From IMG/VR virus record IMGVR_UViG_3300013426_000025, positions 1-64,000 of that record: 64,000 nt of DNA; one strand, 5' to 3'. The notes under the pieces were generated by a model. That model was not told where the DNA came from and ran no database searches. It was given only the letters and a program-made list of their open reading frames with translations. This stretch comes from a virus. Taxonomy: Duplodnaviria; Caudoviricetes. A program made the translations under genes and the position numbers. This document shows, piece after piece, positions 1 through 10,815 of the stretch (position 1 is its first letter; each line of letters opens with the position of its first letter).

Positions 1-35
1 CATTTTGTAGACCCATTTAACAATTTGTATTAATT

Positions 36-980
36 ATGGCATTTTCAACAGGTAAACAATCAACAGAAGCATCTTCTGTAAGTATTAAGCGTTTTAAAGG
101 TGTAGCATCAGTAAAAGTATTGGCAGTTAATCCTAATAAGGATCAATGGAATAAAATCTTTAATACTAATCGTGAGGAAGAGTTTGACTATACTTCAGTA
201 AAGGATGATGTAAAGACAGTAAGAATTACATTCATTTGTGAAATTGATGCTAATCGTAGTCATAATAATTGTACTGGCATTATACCTTTGACCTTCTGGC
301 TTAGGAAGGCACAAATTAAAGGTAGTCAGTCAGGTAAAATTAAGATTATTGATAAGTATGGTAGAACTGCTTGGGCTACACAAGAAGATATTGATGCTAA
401 ACGTATTCCACAATATAGTAATGGTCCAGCACAAATAGATGCTGATTATCGTAAATGTATTAGTGGTGAAGAGGAACTTACATTGTTCTTGAAGAACCTC
501 ATGTGTATTCCTGATGTACAGTTCTATAATAGAACTTCAGGTAAATGGGAGAATAATCCTAATCCTGCTGATTGTCAAGCAAGACTTGATAATATTATGC
601 AGTATTTTGATGGTAAAGTTGATGAAATTAAACAAATTCTTAAAGCATTTCCTAACAATCAAGTAAGAGTGTTGCTTGGTGTTAGAAATAATGAAGGCAA
701 AGAATATCAAGATTTCTTCAATCAATGGTTTGTACAAAACAGTAATCCAAGTAATTTGAGTTTTGCTAAGAAACTTAATGAAGCAAAATCTCTTGGTAGA
801 TATACTACTACTGATTTTGGTGAGAGCAATGTAAATGGTAATCTTATACTCAAGGAAGTAACCGAATGTTCCGTTACTCCTACTGAGTATAAAGACAGTA
901 ATAATGAGGTCCCTGCTACAGAAGTAAGTAGTGTTACTGATAATGTTGGTCAATTGAAGGATGATGACTTGCCATTCTAA
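36..980 (+). CDS. Single-stranded DNA-binding protein (crAss-type)
   Basis: 314 aa with an acidic SSB-like C-terminal tail (DDDLPF); lies directly upstream of the primase. Confidence 0.65.
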   Translation: MAFSTGKQSTEASSVSIKRFKGVASVKVLAVNPNKDQWNKIFNTNREEEFDYTSVKDDVKTVRITFICEIDANRSHNNCTGIIPLTFWLRKAQIKGSQSGKIKIIDKYGRTAWATQEDIDAKRIPQYSNGPAQIDADYRKCISGEEELTLFLKNLMCIPDVQFYNRTSGKWENNPNPADCQARLDNIMQYFDGKVDEIKQILKAFPNNQVRVLLGVRNNEGKEYQDFFNQWFVQNSNPSNLSFAKKLNEAKSLGRYTTTDFGESNVNGNLILKEVTECSVTPTEYKDSNNEVPATEVSSVTDNVGQLKDDDLPF

Positions 981-986
981 TGAATT

Positions 987-1964
987 ATGTTTAGTAAAGG
1001 TACTGATTCAAAAGTACTTGAAATTAAGCATAAAACATCAGAATTAGACATCTTAAGTTATTACTTGAATGTAAATAAATTACCAACAAGAATATGTAGC
1101 CCTTTAAGACAAGACAGAAAACCATCTTTTGGTTTGTTTACATTAGATGGTGAGCATGTTCATTGGATTGATTTTGCTACAAAAGACAGGGGTAACATTA
1201 CAGATTTATTAATGAAACTTTGGGGGTTAAGTTATGAAGAAACATGGCTTAAAATATATTCAGAAATGAATTGTAAGGGAAGTGTTAGGGTGCAAAAAAC
1301 CCTAACACACCCCAAAGTTACATTATTATCAGAGGGTAAAGCACAAATTGAAACTCAACAAAGACCTTGGGAAAGTTGGGATATTGAATATTGGAAATCT
1401 TATGGTATCAATAAGAAATGGCTTGAATTTGCTAATGTACATCCTATTTCTTATATAATTATCATTAAGAACGACAATAGAATTGTTATGCCAGCAGATA
1501 AACTTGCTTATGCTTACTTGGAGTTTAAAGAAGGAGTAACAACTACAAAAGTTTACCAACCATTAAATAAAAAAGGTTTTAAATGGTTGAGTTCACATGA
1601 CAGGTCTGTTATTAGTTTATGGACAAAAGTGCCTAAAGAAGGAGAAAAAATAGTAATATGTTCTTCTCTTAAAGATGCTTTATGCCTATGGGCTAATACA
1701 GGCATACCTGCCATAGCACCTCAAGGAGAAGGATATGGTATGTCAGATACAGCAGTAAATGAATTAAAAAAAAGATTTAAAAACATTTATGTATTGTTCG
1801 ATAATGACAAACCAGGTCTCATAGATGGTAAATCCTTAGCAGAAAAAACAGGATTTACTAATATAATATTACCTCAGTTTACTGGAGGCAAAGATGTTTC
1901 TGATGCTTATAAAGTACTTGGAAAAAACAAATTTATAAAATTAATTTTATCTTTAATAAAATGA
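987..1964 (+). CDS. DnaG-like DNA primase (TOPRIM)
   Basis: N-terminal SPLRQDRKPSF/WIDFA degenerate zinc-binding region; TOPRIM motifs SSLKDA, FDND..G and KDVSD. Confidence 0.85.
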   Translation: MFSKGTDSKVLEIKHKTSELDILSYYLNVNKLPTRICSPLRQDRKPSFGLFTLDGEHVHWIDFATKDRGNITDLLMKLWGLSYEETWLKIYSEMNCKGSVRVQKTLTHPKVTLLSEGKAQIETQQRPWESWDIEYWKSYGINKKWLEFANVHPISYIIIIKNDNRIVMPADKLAYAYLEFKEGVTTTKVYQPLNKKGFKWLSSHDRSVISLWTKVPKEGEKIVICSSLKDALCLWANTGIPAIAPQGEGYGMSDTAVNELKKRFKNIYVLFDNDKPGLIDGKSLAEKTGFTNIILPQFTGGKDVSDAYKVLGKNKFIKLILSLIK

Positions 1965-2155
1965 ATCGTAAAGAATTATTTGCTTGGTTTAAGGAAAATC
2001 CTCATGTGGCACAAGAAGTATTTGAAGAGACACATTGGCCATATCAAAATTGTCCTACTGCATTACTACTTTTCTATTATGATATAGAACAGATGAGCAA
2101 GGAAACACCAAAACTTACACTATGGCAAAAAATTAAAAACATATTCGCATGGTAA
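1961..2155 (+). CDS. Hypothetical protein
   Basis: 64-aa ORF with an ATGA overlap on the primase stop codon. Confidence 0.6.
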   Translation: MNRKELFAWFKENPHVAQEVFEETHWPYQNCPTALLLFYYDIEQMSKETPKLTLWQKIKNIFAW

Positions 2156-4485
2156 TTGAAAATAATAAAAATGATGTAGTAATTACAGGAGATGTAAAAG
2201 AGAATGAAGTAAGAATTGATAATGAAAATCTTGACCATATTCTTACTTTATTATCCTCAAATCTGTATTCAAACCCACAAGAATCTTTCATCCGAGAGAT
2301 TGTCTCTAATGGTATTGATGCTACTATAGAAGCAGGCAATAATGAGCCTGTAATTGTAAAATTCTCTTATGATAACAACTCGTATAAATACATTGTTACC
2401 ATAAGAGATTATGGTACAGGCATATCTCCAGAGAGATTTCAAGAAATATATCTCAGTATTGGTGCAAGTACTAAACGATTGAGTAATAAGTATATAGGAG
2501 CGTTTGGTCTAGGGAAATATTCCTGCCTTGCATGTTCAAGTTCTGCTACGATTAAGTCTTACTATAACGGCATTGAATACTGTTATCTTATGATTAAGAA
2601 TAACAATAAAATCAATATAGACTTGCTTTATCAACATGAAACTACAGAGAGAAATGGTGTAGAAATATCAATATTGCAGGATAGACTATATTCTTACTGT
2701 GCAGCCATAAAGAAATTATTGTATTTTCCTAATGTATATGTAGATAGTCTGGATAGTTCTTCAGTTCATAATGATGACTTAAGAAATACTATTGAGTGGT
2801 TACATAATAGAAAAATTGTAAAAGCAAAGAATTTCTATCTTGGTTATACAGACAGGACTACTAATGTTACTATAGACACATCAAGTTATAATCCTTACTT
2901 GGTTCTTGGAAATGTCATTTATGCGTATGATTGTGAATACATAAAAAATAATGCTATACACGATTTAAAGAAAATAAGCTCTAACATTGATGGGTATGAT
3001 GTAGAAAGATTGCTTAGAAGCATTAATCTTAGGTTTGATATTGGAGAATTGGATATTACACCTAATAGGGAGCAATTACTTTATTCAGATAAAACCAACA
3101 AGGCATTATTAAACAGATTCTGGGATGCTTATGATGAATTAAAAGAAACCCTAAAGAAATCTGAAGACTGTAATTATGATAATTTAATCGAGTATTATCA
3201 TAAAATAGTATCTTTAGGTTCGATTAAATTTGATAGGTACTCTGTACCATCACTTATAATTAGTGGTAGTAATAATAGAACTGAATTTAAGTTTAAAGGA
3301 AAACAAAGGTCAGAACAGTTTAATCAAAATTTAAGGTCTCTATTTAACTTTCCTATGTATTATAATGTTATCAGGGATAATAAATTTTACAATGGTGGAA
3401 AAGTAAAAAAGAGTGAGACTCTCACTCCTTATGAAATATTTGTAGGTAAGAAACTTGGAGACAATGTGAAAATTTATCTTTGTTCTTCTGAAGACCTTAA
3501 GAGTCCTTCATTTAAGAACTATATTAGTTGTACTTTACATAACGGTATCATAATTACTCCCATTACTATAAGACAATTATTTAGTCACTCAAGGGTTTTT
3601 GATATAGAAGTTTTAAAGGAGATATGGAGATACCTCAAAGACCATGCTATTAGAGTTACTAAAGATGAGTACTATAATGATTATCTCAAAGCAAGAAAAA
3701 ATTATAAGACCGCATTGAAGAATGTAAATGCTAATAATAATGTAAACATTCGAGTAACTATTGCTTTGTATCGTTATAATGGTTATAGAGAATCTACAAA
3801 TACTTATCCTTTGAATAAATTTACAAATTATGTAAATGAGTATAAAATAAGGAATAAGAGTAATAAAGATGGCATTATTATTTATTGCTGCTTGGAGGAT
3901 GAGTGTTTTAAGGTACTTAGAATCTTAAGCAGAGATATTTTAGGTAATAATGTTCATGTTGTTGCTATACCAAAAGCTCATTATAAGTATGTAGAAAATA
4001 ACAAACCTAAGAATTGGGTGCATTTGAGTAAGATAATCAACCCTAATAACAAGAAAATAGTTAAAACTTTCACTTATATAAAATATGGTATTGCAGAGAA
4101 AATGATGTGCCTTAATGAGAATTTGTACCATATGTTCTTGAATTATGTAAATTTCAGTGACCAGTCTGTACTAAATACTCTTACCAAGAAGGATATGATA
4201 TTTCATAAAACAGATATTGACAATAATGAAATACTGCACAATTGGTATCAGTATTTCTTAGAGAATGGAACTGATGATATTGAAGTCTTAGAACAGAAAG
4301 AGATAATAGATAAATACGTTAAAATAGCAAGAAAACTTGGTTCTCTTAGAAATTTGTTTACTGATGGAAGTATTATGCTTGCTTACATAGCAATGAAAAA
4401 TGGATTACTTAGATTAAACTATGATGCATATAAAAAAATTAAAGACAATCTTAAAATAGACAAAGATGAAGATAATAAAGAATAA
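2149..4485 (+). CDS. rIIA: rIIA-like protein (N-terminal GHKL/Hsp90-type ATPase)
   Basis: LYSNP..SFIREIVSNGIDA, IRDYGTG, IGAFGLG and FDIGELDITPNREQL motifs; followed by rIIB. Confidence 0.85.
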   Translation: MVIENNKNDVVITGDVKENEVRIDNENLDHILTLLSSNLYSNPQESFIREIVSNGIDATIEAGNNEPVIVKFSYDNNSYKYIVTIRDYGTGISPERFQEIYLSIGASTKRLSNKYIGAFGLGKYSCLACSSSATIKSYYNGIEYCYLMIKNNNKINIDLLYQHETTERNGVEISILQDRLYSYCAAIKKLLYFPNVYVDSLDSSSVHNDDLRNTIEWLHNRKIVKAKNFYLGYTDRTTNVTIDTSSYNPYLVLGNVIYAYDCEYIKNNAIHDLKKISSNIDGYDVERLLRSINLRFDIGELDITPNREQLLYSDKTNKALLNRFWDAYDELKETLKKSEDCNYDNLIEYYHKIVSLGSIKFDRYSVPSLIISGSNNRTEFKFKGKQRSEQFNQNLRSLFNFPMYYNVIRDNKFYNGGKVKKSETLTPYEIFVGKKLGDNVKIYLCSSEDLKSPSFKNYISCTLHNGIIITPITIRQLFSHSRVFDIEVLKEIWRYLKDHAIRVTKDEYYNDYLKARKNYKTALKNVNANNNVNIRVTIALYRYNGYRESTNTYPLNKFTNYVNEYKIRNKSNKDGIIIYCCLEDECFKVLRILSRDILGNNVHVVAIPKAHYKYVENNKPKNWVHLSKIINPNNKKIVKTFTYIKYGIAEKMMCLNENLYHMFLNYVNFSDQSVLNTLTKKDMIFHKTDIDNNEILHNWYQYFLENGTDDIEVLEQKEIIDKYVKIARKLGSLRNLFTDGSIMLAYIAMKNGLLRLNYDAYKKIKDNLKIDKDEDNKE

Positions 4486-5680
4486 CTCATTGGTTCTTGT
4501 AGTATTAGATAATGGAGTTATATTTCAGAAAGATAATTGTTCTGAACTAGAATATAATAAAATTATAAATGCTACTGAAAATGAAATAGTTAGAATATTC
4601 AATCCTGGTGTTGAAGAAGTAATACAACAAAAGGAAAAGGCTGAAACAATACTCGATAAAGTAGAAAAATCTCATATCCTTACTAAATTTGGGGACAGTA
4701 TTTATTGGAAAGAAGTATCAGAACTTTCTATGCCCGAAGATTTTATTCTTAAGGTACTTGAAGCAGAAAAAAATAATAATGAAGATGCTTTGGAAGCATA
4801 TAAGAATTTCTGGACCCTACTTTCTCTTAATCCTGATAGTAGATGTAGAGCAAATCTATTCTGGTATCTTAATCATTGGGGTATGAAAATTTCAAAAACA
4901 GGATTGTTTATTGGTTACAGAAATGTAGATATTAAGAAACAAGGAAATAATAATTATTATTCTCCTGCTCTTTGTGAATATACTATCTGTGAGTATAAGA
5001 GAATAAAAAATCAAAAGAAAGGACCTGCTAATTATTATATTTACCTTCAACCTAATTGTGGTGGAAGACCTGATTATTACACTTGTAAAGCAGGAAGTGA
5101 CTTGTTTAATGAAGTATGTAATGATACTCAAATTTGGAATTTGAAGGAATTATATAATACATTTGAACAAGTTAATTTTGATGTTACAAGACTAGGCGGA
5201 GATACCATCTATACTGATGTACACACACATACTTTTAGTATTCAAATTGGTAAGATGGTAACTATGCCAAGAAGTCAATGTGATGATAATCAGGATGTTA
5301 CATGTTCATCTGGTTTGCATTTGAGTAACAGTGATTGGCTCACACAAGGCTATTATGGTACTGTAGGACTTACTTGTTTATGTAATCCTGCTGATGTAGT
5401 GTGTGTACCAAGAAATAGTGATTATGGTAAATTAAGAACTTGTGCTTACTTACCTATTGCTATTACAGAATATAATGGTGAAGGTAAAGTAATTCCTTTC
5501 AATGTAGAAGATGGATTTGAATCATCTTGGGTAAAAACAGTTCTTTATGATGGTATTAAATCTATAGAAAATAATCCTGAATATAGAATTGTAATACCAC
5601 AAACACCAGAAATTAAACAACAACAAATTACAGATAATATTCTGGATATTGCCAGAAAATTTATTAACAACAAACAATAA
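4466..5680 (+). CDS. rIIB: rIIB-like protein
   Basis: NFW..L.LNPD, MPR..CDD....CSSGLH, NPADVV.VP and KLRTC.Y motifs typical of rIIB; overlaps rIIA. Confidence 0.85.
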   Translation: MKIIKNNSLVLVVLDNGVIFQKDNCSELEYNKIINATENEIVRIFNPGVEEVIQQKEKAETILDKVEKSHILTKFGDSIYWKEVSELSMPEDFILKVLEAEKNNNEDALEAYKNFWTLLSLNPDSRCRANLFWYLNHWGMKISKTGLFIGYRNVDIKKQGNNNYYSPALCEYTICEYKRIKNQKKGPANYYIYLQPNCGGRPDYYTCKAGSDLFNEVCNDTQIWNLKELYNTFEQVNFDVTRLGGDTIYTDVHTHTFSIQIGKMVTMPRSQCDDNQDVTCSSGLHLSNSDWLTQGYYGTVGLTCLCNPADVVCVPRNSDYGKLRTCAYLPIAITEYNGEGKVIPFNVEDGFESSWVKTVLYDGIKSIENNPEYRIVIPQTPEIKQQQITDNILDIARKFINNKQ

Positions 5681-5693
5681 AATTTAATTTAAT

Positions 5694-6287
5694 ATGAGTA
5701 GTAAAAAGCAAATGACAGTAGCAGAGTTGGCTAACATTGTAGAGCAACAAGGAAAGTGTATCACAGAACTTACAGAGGCTTATGCTGATAATAGTAAACT
5801 GATTGCACAAGTAGTTAAAACACTTAAAGCAATTAATGATGAGCATAAGCGTTTTGATGACACTTTGAATACATTGAAAGATAATTTTTGTAAGTGTGAG
5901 TGCTGCAATGAGGAGCCTATAGAACCCAATGATGTAGATTATTGGATTGAGGAATTGCAACAATGGTATCATACAGACAAGGCAACTCTTATCTATATGA
6001 TGAAAACTATGCAAATGTATGCTCCTGGTGCATTTGTGTCTTTTATTATCAATCCTCTTGCAAGAATTATTGATGAGGAATATGATGGCAAGATTCAAGA
6101 TTGTGATACTGTTTATTGTGTAAGTACATGCAATGGTAATGTGTGTGTACTACCTAAGAATAATATTAAGTCTTGGCGTTATTTTGGAGCATTTAGAACA
6201 CAAGAAGATGGTGTTTATGCCCTTAAAGTATGGCTGAATTTGAAGAGCTTCATCAATAAACTTATTGATAGTGAAAGTCAGTGCTAA
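5694..6287 (+). CDS. Hypothetical protein (N-terminal coiled coil, CKCECC cluster)
   Basis: 197-aa ORF within the operon. Confidence 0.7.
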   Translation: MSSKKQMTVAELANIVEQQGKCITELTEAYADNSKLIAQVVKTLKAINDEHKRFDDTLNTLKDNFCKCECCNEEPIEPNDVDYWIEELQQWYHTDKATLIYMMKTMQMYAPGAFVSFIINPLARIIDEEYDGKIQDCDTVYCVSTCNGNVCVLPKNNIKSWRYFGAFRTQEDGVYALKVWLNLKSFINKLIDSESQC

Positions 6288-6999
6288 TAAAAAGATACTT
6301 AATGCTTCTCCACTTGAGTGGGGAGGCATTAAGTTTAAATCTAAACTTGAGATGATGGTTTATAGAACCTTACTGGATAATGGTATTATTGCTCAGTATG
6401 AACCTACAAAATACATTATTTGGGAAGGCTATAAACCAAAAGCCAAGTTCTATGACAAAGACAAATCAGGAGCCTTAAGGTTAAATGATAAAAAAATAAT
6501 ATCTATAACCTATACTCCTGATTTTGTTTTTGACTTAGGTGTACTGAGAGTATTTATTGAAGTAAAAGGTATGGAGAATGATGTCTTCTATATTAAAAAG
6601 AAGATGTTTAGAAAGTACCTTGAAGAACTTACAGACTGCATACCTTTATATTTTGAGATTTATTCTAAGAGACAACTAATACAAGCAATACAATTAATAC
6701 AAGCTTATAATAAAGATTGTATGGGAAGAATTGAAACAATAAAAAATCTATTAAGTAGCCTTATTATAAAAGGAGATACAAAATTGGCAAGTACTTTTCT
6801 TGAGAAAAGAGACTTTCTATCATTAAAAGAAATAGTAGATGCTAATGTGTATAAAGCAGAGAAAACAATGCCTGGATTGTTTAATTCTGAGATTAAGACT
6901 ACAGAAGAGGAAGAAAATGTTTACAATAAATTGAAATCATTACAAGAACTTGTAAATAATTTCGCTAATGATTTTATTGACCCTGAAATAAATGAGTAA
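6265..6999 (+). CDS. PD-(D/E)xK endonuclease with C-terminal extension (start uncertain)
   Basis: GIKFKSKLE, YTPDF and IEVKG motifs (DUF1064/T7 endonuclease I-like). Confidence 0.75.
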   Translation: MIVKVSANKKILNASPLEWGGIKFKSKLEMMVYRTLLDNGIIAQYEPTKYIIWEGYKPKAKFYDKDKSGALRLNDKKIISITYTPDFVFDLGVLRVFIEVKGMENDVFYIKKKMFRKYLEELTDCIPLYFEIYSKRQLIQAIQLIQAYNKDCMGRIETIKNLLSSLIIKGDTKLASTFLEKRDFLSLKEIVDANVYKAEKTMPGLFNSEIKTTEEEENVYNKLKSLQELVNNFANDFIDPEINE

Positions 7000-8023
7000 T
7001 TTAGATATTACAAATCTTTCTTGGAATGTAGAAGAAGAAGAATATAGGAAACACCCTGCTTTATCCTACAGTTTACTTGCTAAATATGAAAAGTCAGGGT
7101 TTGCAGGATTAAAAGCCTTATTTGAACCACAAGAAAGTGAGGCACTTACTTTTGGTTCTATGGTTGATACTCTAATGACCCAACCAAAAGGTACATTTGA
7201 AAAAATGTATTATGTTAGTAAAGATGTACCTTCAGTATTTATACAATTTGTTATCAATAATGTATATAAGACTTTTCCTGATGAAAACAGTCTTAATGAT
7301 ATTAGTGATAGTGCTATTGTAACATTTGCTCCTGACTATCAAACTAATTGGAAAGAAGAGACAAGAGCAAAGAAAATAAGAGAGGCAGGAGAAGAGTATT
7401 ACCAAATTTTAAAAGAAGCAAAGGGTAGGACTATAGTAGATTACAATACATTTAAAGATGCTAAAGCAGTAGAAAATATCTTACTTAATTCTCCTCTTAC
7501 AAGAAAGTATTTTGAAGCATCTGGGGAAGTACAAAAGTACAATCAAATAAAGTTTAAGACTCATCTTAACAACATAGAGTATAAATGTATGTTTGACTTA
7601 CTCTGTGTTAACTATGATAAAAAATGGATATTACCTGTAGATTTAAAAACTACAAGTTTTCCTGAGTATGAATTTTATAGAAGATATTTGGAAAGAAGAT
7701 ATGATATTCAGAGTAAACTTTACTGGAGAATACTTAACAAATGCCTTAAAGAAAACCAGGATTTCAAAGATTTCAAATTGTATGATTTTCAATTTGTATG
7801 TGTTAACAAGGTATCATTAAATCCACTTGTATGGTATGATGATACTTGCAAATCAATAGTAGGCACAGAATATCTTACAAGTACAAATAAAAAGATTGTA
7901 TTAAGAGACCCAGAAATCATAGGTAAAGAATTAATGTACTATTTAAATAGTGACAGTAAAAACCCAAAAGAAATTGAACAAAATAAACCAAATAGTATTA
8001 CAGAATGGATAAAGAAAATGTAA
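6992..8023 (+). CDS. PD-(D/E)xK exonuclease (RecE/ExoVIII-like)
   Basis: LSYS, FGS.VD, KCMFD, VDLKTT and YDIQ..LY motifs. Confidence 0.8.
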   Translation: MSNLDITNLSWNVEEEEYRKHPALSYSLLAKYEKSGFAGLKALFEPQESEALTFGSMVDTLMTQPKGTFEKMYYVSKDVPSVFIQFVINNVYKTFPDENSLNDISDSAIVTFAPDYQTNWKEETRAKKIREAGEEYYQILKEAKGRTIVDYNTFKDAKAVENILLNSPLTRKYFEASGEVQKYNQIKFKTHLNNIEYKCMFDLLCVNYDKKWILPVDLKTTSFPEYEFYRRYLERRYDIQSKLYWRILNKCLKENQDFKDFKLYDFQFVCVNKVSLNPLVWYDDTCKSIVGTEYLTSTNKKIVLRDPEIIGKELMYYLNSDSKNPKEIEQNKPNSITEWIKKM

Positions 8024-8436
8024 CAATGAATAAGCCCTTTATGCAAGGCTTGAAAATGATTAAAGATGGGATTGACTTGATTTTGTCAGCAGAAGATTAT
8101 GTAAATAATATTGAGAAAACTCAAGAAATTGATTTTCCTGATAAAATTAATAACAAGAGCGTAGCAGTTAGAGTTGCTGAAACTTACAATACATTTAAAC
8201 CTGAGTTAGGTGCTGACAAATTGGCAAATGATATATTAAGAATGGCAGAAAATCCTGATAAAGTAGGTATCTTAATTAACTGGATGAGAAAGAAAGGTAC
8301 CTCAGGATTTGAGGAGTTCTTCAAGATGACAAGAACTAATCAGCAAAATTATATCATTAATGCTGTAACTGCATATAGAGAAGATGTAAAGAAAATTCTT
8401 AAAGAGAGATTTTCAAGACAAAATGATAATGAATAA
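8005..8436 (+). CDS. Hypothetical protein
   Basis: 143-aa ORF overlapping both neighbours. Confidence 0.65.
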   Translation: MDKENVTMNKPFMQGLKMIKDGIDLILSAEDYVNNIEKTQEIDFPDKINNKSVAVRVAETYNTFKPELGADKLANDILRMAENPDKVGILINWMRKKGTSGFEEFFKMTRTNQQNYIINAVTAYREDVKKILKERFSRQNDNE

Positions 8437-10615
8437 TAATACGTTATGTGTAATTAAAAGGAATGGTGAAATTGTTCCTTTTGATTTTTCAAAAATAAAA
8501 GCGGCTATTAATAAGGCAGCACAAAGTTGTAATGAAAAAATTACAGATACTTTACAAAAAGAAGACCTGTTATTTATAAAAGGAGTTATTACTGTAGAGC
8601 AAATACAAGATGCTGTAGAAAAATGGCTAATGCAACATAATTATTTCGATACTGCAAAGAGTTATATTCTTTATAGAGAGCAGCACAAACAAAGTAGATT
8701 TATCAAGGAACGTTTGGATTATATGAATAGTTATAGTAATTCAAACAATAATGCTGCTACTTCCAGCGAAACAGATGCAAATGCTAATGTAACTATGAAG
8801 AATGTAGCCAATCTTGAGGGAGAAGTATATAAAACTACTAATAGGGTTATTCAAAGACAAAGGATGAAGGATAAACTAAATGAACTGTTTCCTGAAGTCG
8901 CTAAACAATATGAAGAAGATTTAAATAATCATATAATTTATGTACATGATGAAGCAACTTCACCTTGTGCCAAATTTTATTGTTTAGCAGCATCATTATA
9001 TCCTTTAATGCTTGAGGGTACAGGAAATATTGATGGGGTTACACCTTCACCTCCTAATGATATACAATCTTTTAGTGGTCAAGTTACAAATCTTGTATTT
9101 TTATTGTCTTCTCAAGCAAAAGGGGCAGTAGCATTAGGTGGTTATATTATAGCATTAAATTATTATGTTATTAAGGAATTTGGAGAAACTTGGAGAACCC
9201 ACATTAATGATATTGTAACATCAAATTTATGTCTTAAACAAAGAACAATAAAGGACAATATTAGAAAAGGAATGAAGCAATTTATTTATGGTGTAAATCA
9301 GCCAGCAGGTAATAGAGCATACAATAGTCCTTTTTCTAATTTAAATTTCTTTGATAAGCCCTATTTTGAGGCTTTATTTAAGGATTTTTGTTATCCCGAT
9401 GGTACTAAACCTATGTGGGAAGATATTAATATGTTACAAAGAATATTTCTCGAATTACATAGAGAATTAAGATTAATCAAGCCATTAACTTTTCCTGTTA
9501 CTACAATGTGTATGTTACATGACAGTAAAGATTGTCTTGATTTAGAATATAAACAATTATGTGCAGACGAATGGGCTAAAGGAGGCAGTTTCTTTTGTTA
9601 TTTAAGTGATAATCCTAATAGTGTAAGTAGTTGTTGTAGAGTTTTGAATGAGATTCAAGATAATACATTTAGTTCCACTACTGGATTAACTGGTATTATG
9701 ACTGGTTCATGTAATGTGATTACATTGAATGTTAATAGAATTGTGCAAGATTGGTATAATTCTATGAAATGTGCTAATCCCAATTGGAGTAAAAAAGATG
9801 CTCAAGAAAGTTATGCAGACTTATATGAGTATCTTGTGGACATTCTTGATAGAGTATATAAATATCAGATAGCCTATAAAACTATTCTATACGATTTAGA
9901 AGATAAAGGTATGTTTTCTTCTTCTAATGCAGGGTATATTTATATGAAAAAGTTATATAGTACTACAGGACTTATAGGTTATTGTGAGGCAGCACAATTT
10001 TTAGGATATGAAATTTCTAATAATCAACCTTACAAGCAATTTCTGCAACTTATATTAGGCACTGTAAAGGAACAAAACAAAACTCACTCTATTAAAGACA
10101 GAAAAAGACCCTTCTTATTTAATAGTGAGGCAGTTCCAGGTGAAAATTTAGCCATTAAGTTCTATAATTGGGATAAAAAAGACGGGTATTATGTTCCCGA
10201 AGACCAAAATTTATATAGTAGTTACTTTTTTAAACAATGGGACAATAAAATCAGTATTTTAGATAAACTTAAATTACACAATAAAGATGTTAATAAATAT
10301 TGTGATGGTGGACAAGCATGTCATTTACATCTTGATGCACATTTGTCCTCTCAACAATACTCTAAAATTATTGATTTTTGTGTTAAAGAAGGAGTAAACT
10401 ATTTTACATTTAACATTCCTATTAGTGAATGTAAAGATTGTGGTCATGTTGTTAATGCTCCTGTTAAAGAATGCCCTCTATGTCATAGTACTAATATTGA
10501 TTATTGGGTAAGGATTATTGGTTTTTTAAGACCATTGTCTTCTTATAGTGAAGCAAGATTCAAAGAAGCAACTAAACGTGTTTATTCTAATGGTAGAGAA
10601 GAGATTAAAGAATGA
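8423..10615 (+). CDS. nrdD: Anaerobic (class III) ribonucleoside-triphosphate reductase
   Basis: N-terminal ATP cone (VIKRNG...FD.SKI..AI), finger loop SSCCR, C-terminal CxxC...CxxC zinc site and glycyl-radical motif RIIGF. Confidence 0.95.
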   Translation: MIMNNNTLCVIKRNGEIVPFDFSKIKAAINKAAQSCNEKITDTLQKEDLLFIKGVITVEQIQDAVEKWLMQHNYFDTAKSYILYREQHKQSRFIKERLDYMNSYSNSNNNAATSSETDANANVTMKNVANLEGEVYKTTNRVIQRQRMKDKLNELFPEVAKQYEEDLNNHIIYVHDEATSPCAKFYCLAASLYPLMLEGTGNIDGVTPSPPNDIQSFSGQVTNLVFLLSSQAKGAVALGGYIIALNYYVIKEFGETWRTHINDIVTSNLCLKQRTIKDNIRKGMKQFIYGVNQPAGNRAYNSPFSNLNFFDKPYFEALFKDFCYPDGTKPMWEDINMLQRIFLELHRELRLIKPLTFPVTTMCMLHDSKDCLDLEYKQLCADEWAKGGSFFCYLSDNPNSVSSCCRVLNEIQDNTFSSTTGLTGIMTGSCNVITLNVNRIVQDWYNSMKCANPNWSKKDAQESYADLYEYLVDILDRVYKYQIAYKTILYDLEDKGMFSSSNAGYIYMKKLYSTTGLIGYCEAAQFLGYEISNNQPYKQFLQLILGTVKEQNKTHSIKDRKRPFLFNSEAVPGENLAIKFYNWDKKDGYYVPEDQNLYSSYFFKQWDNKISILDKLKLHNKDVNKYCDGGQACHLHLDAHLSSQQYSKIIDFCVKEGVNYFTFNIPISECKDCGHVVNAPVKECPLCHSTNIDYWVRIIGFLRPLSSYSEARFKEATKRVYSNGREEIKE

Positions 10616-10815
10616 TTACAATATGTCGTAAATCTGGTTGGCAACTTAACCCTGAAGATAAAATTGTCAATGCTATTTTTAAAAGAATAGAAAAATGTAA
10701 TGGGGAGTGTCCTTGTGATAATCCAGGACAAAACCATGAAGACAGACTATGTCCTTGTAAAGAATATAGAGAAAATAATGTGTGTCATTGTCAATTATAT
10801 ATAAAAAATGGTTAA
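10612..10815 (+). CDS. Minimal ferredoxin-thioredoxin reductase catalytic-subunit-like protein
   Basis: 67 aa with LNP, CPC, CPC and CHC.LY: the complete FTR 4Fe-4S/disulfide cysteine signature. Confidence 0.85.
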   Translation: MITICRKSGWQLNPEDKIVNAIFKRIEKCNGECPCDNPGQNHEDRLCPCKEYRENNVCHCQLYIKNG

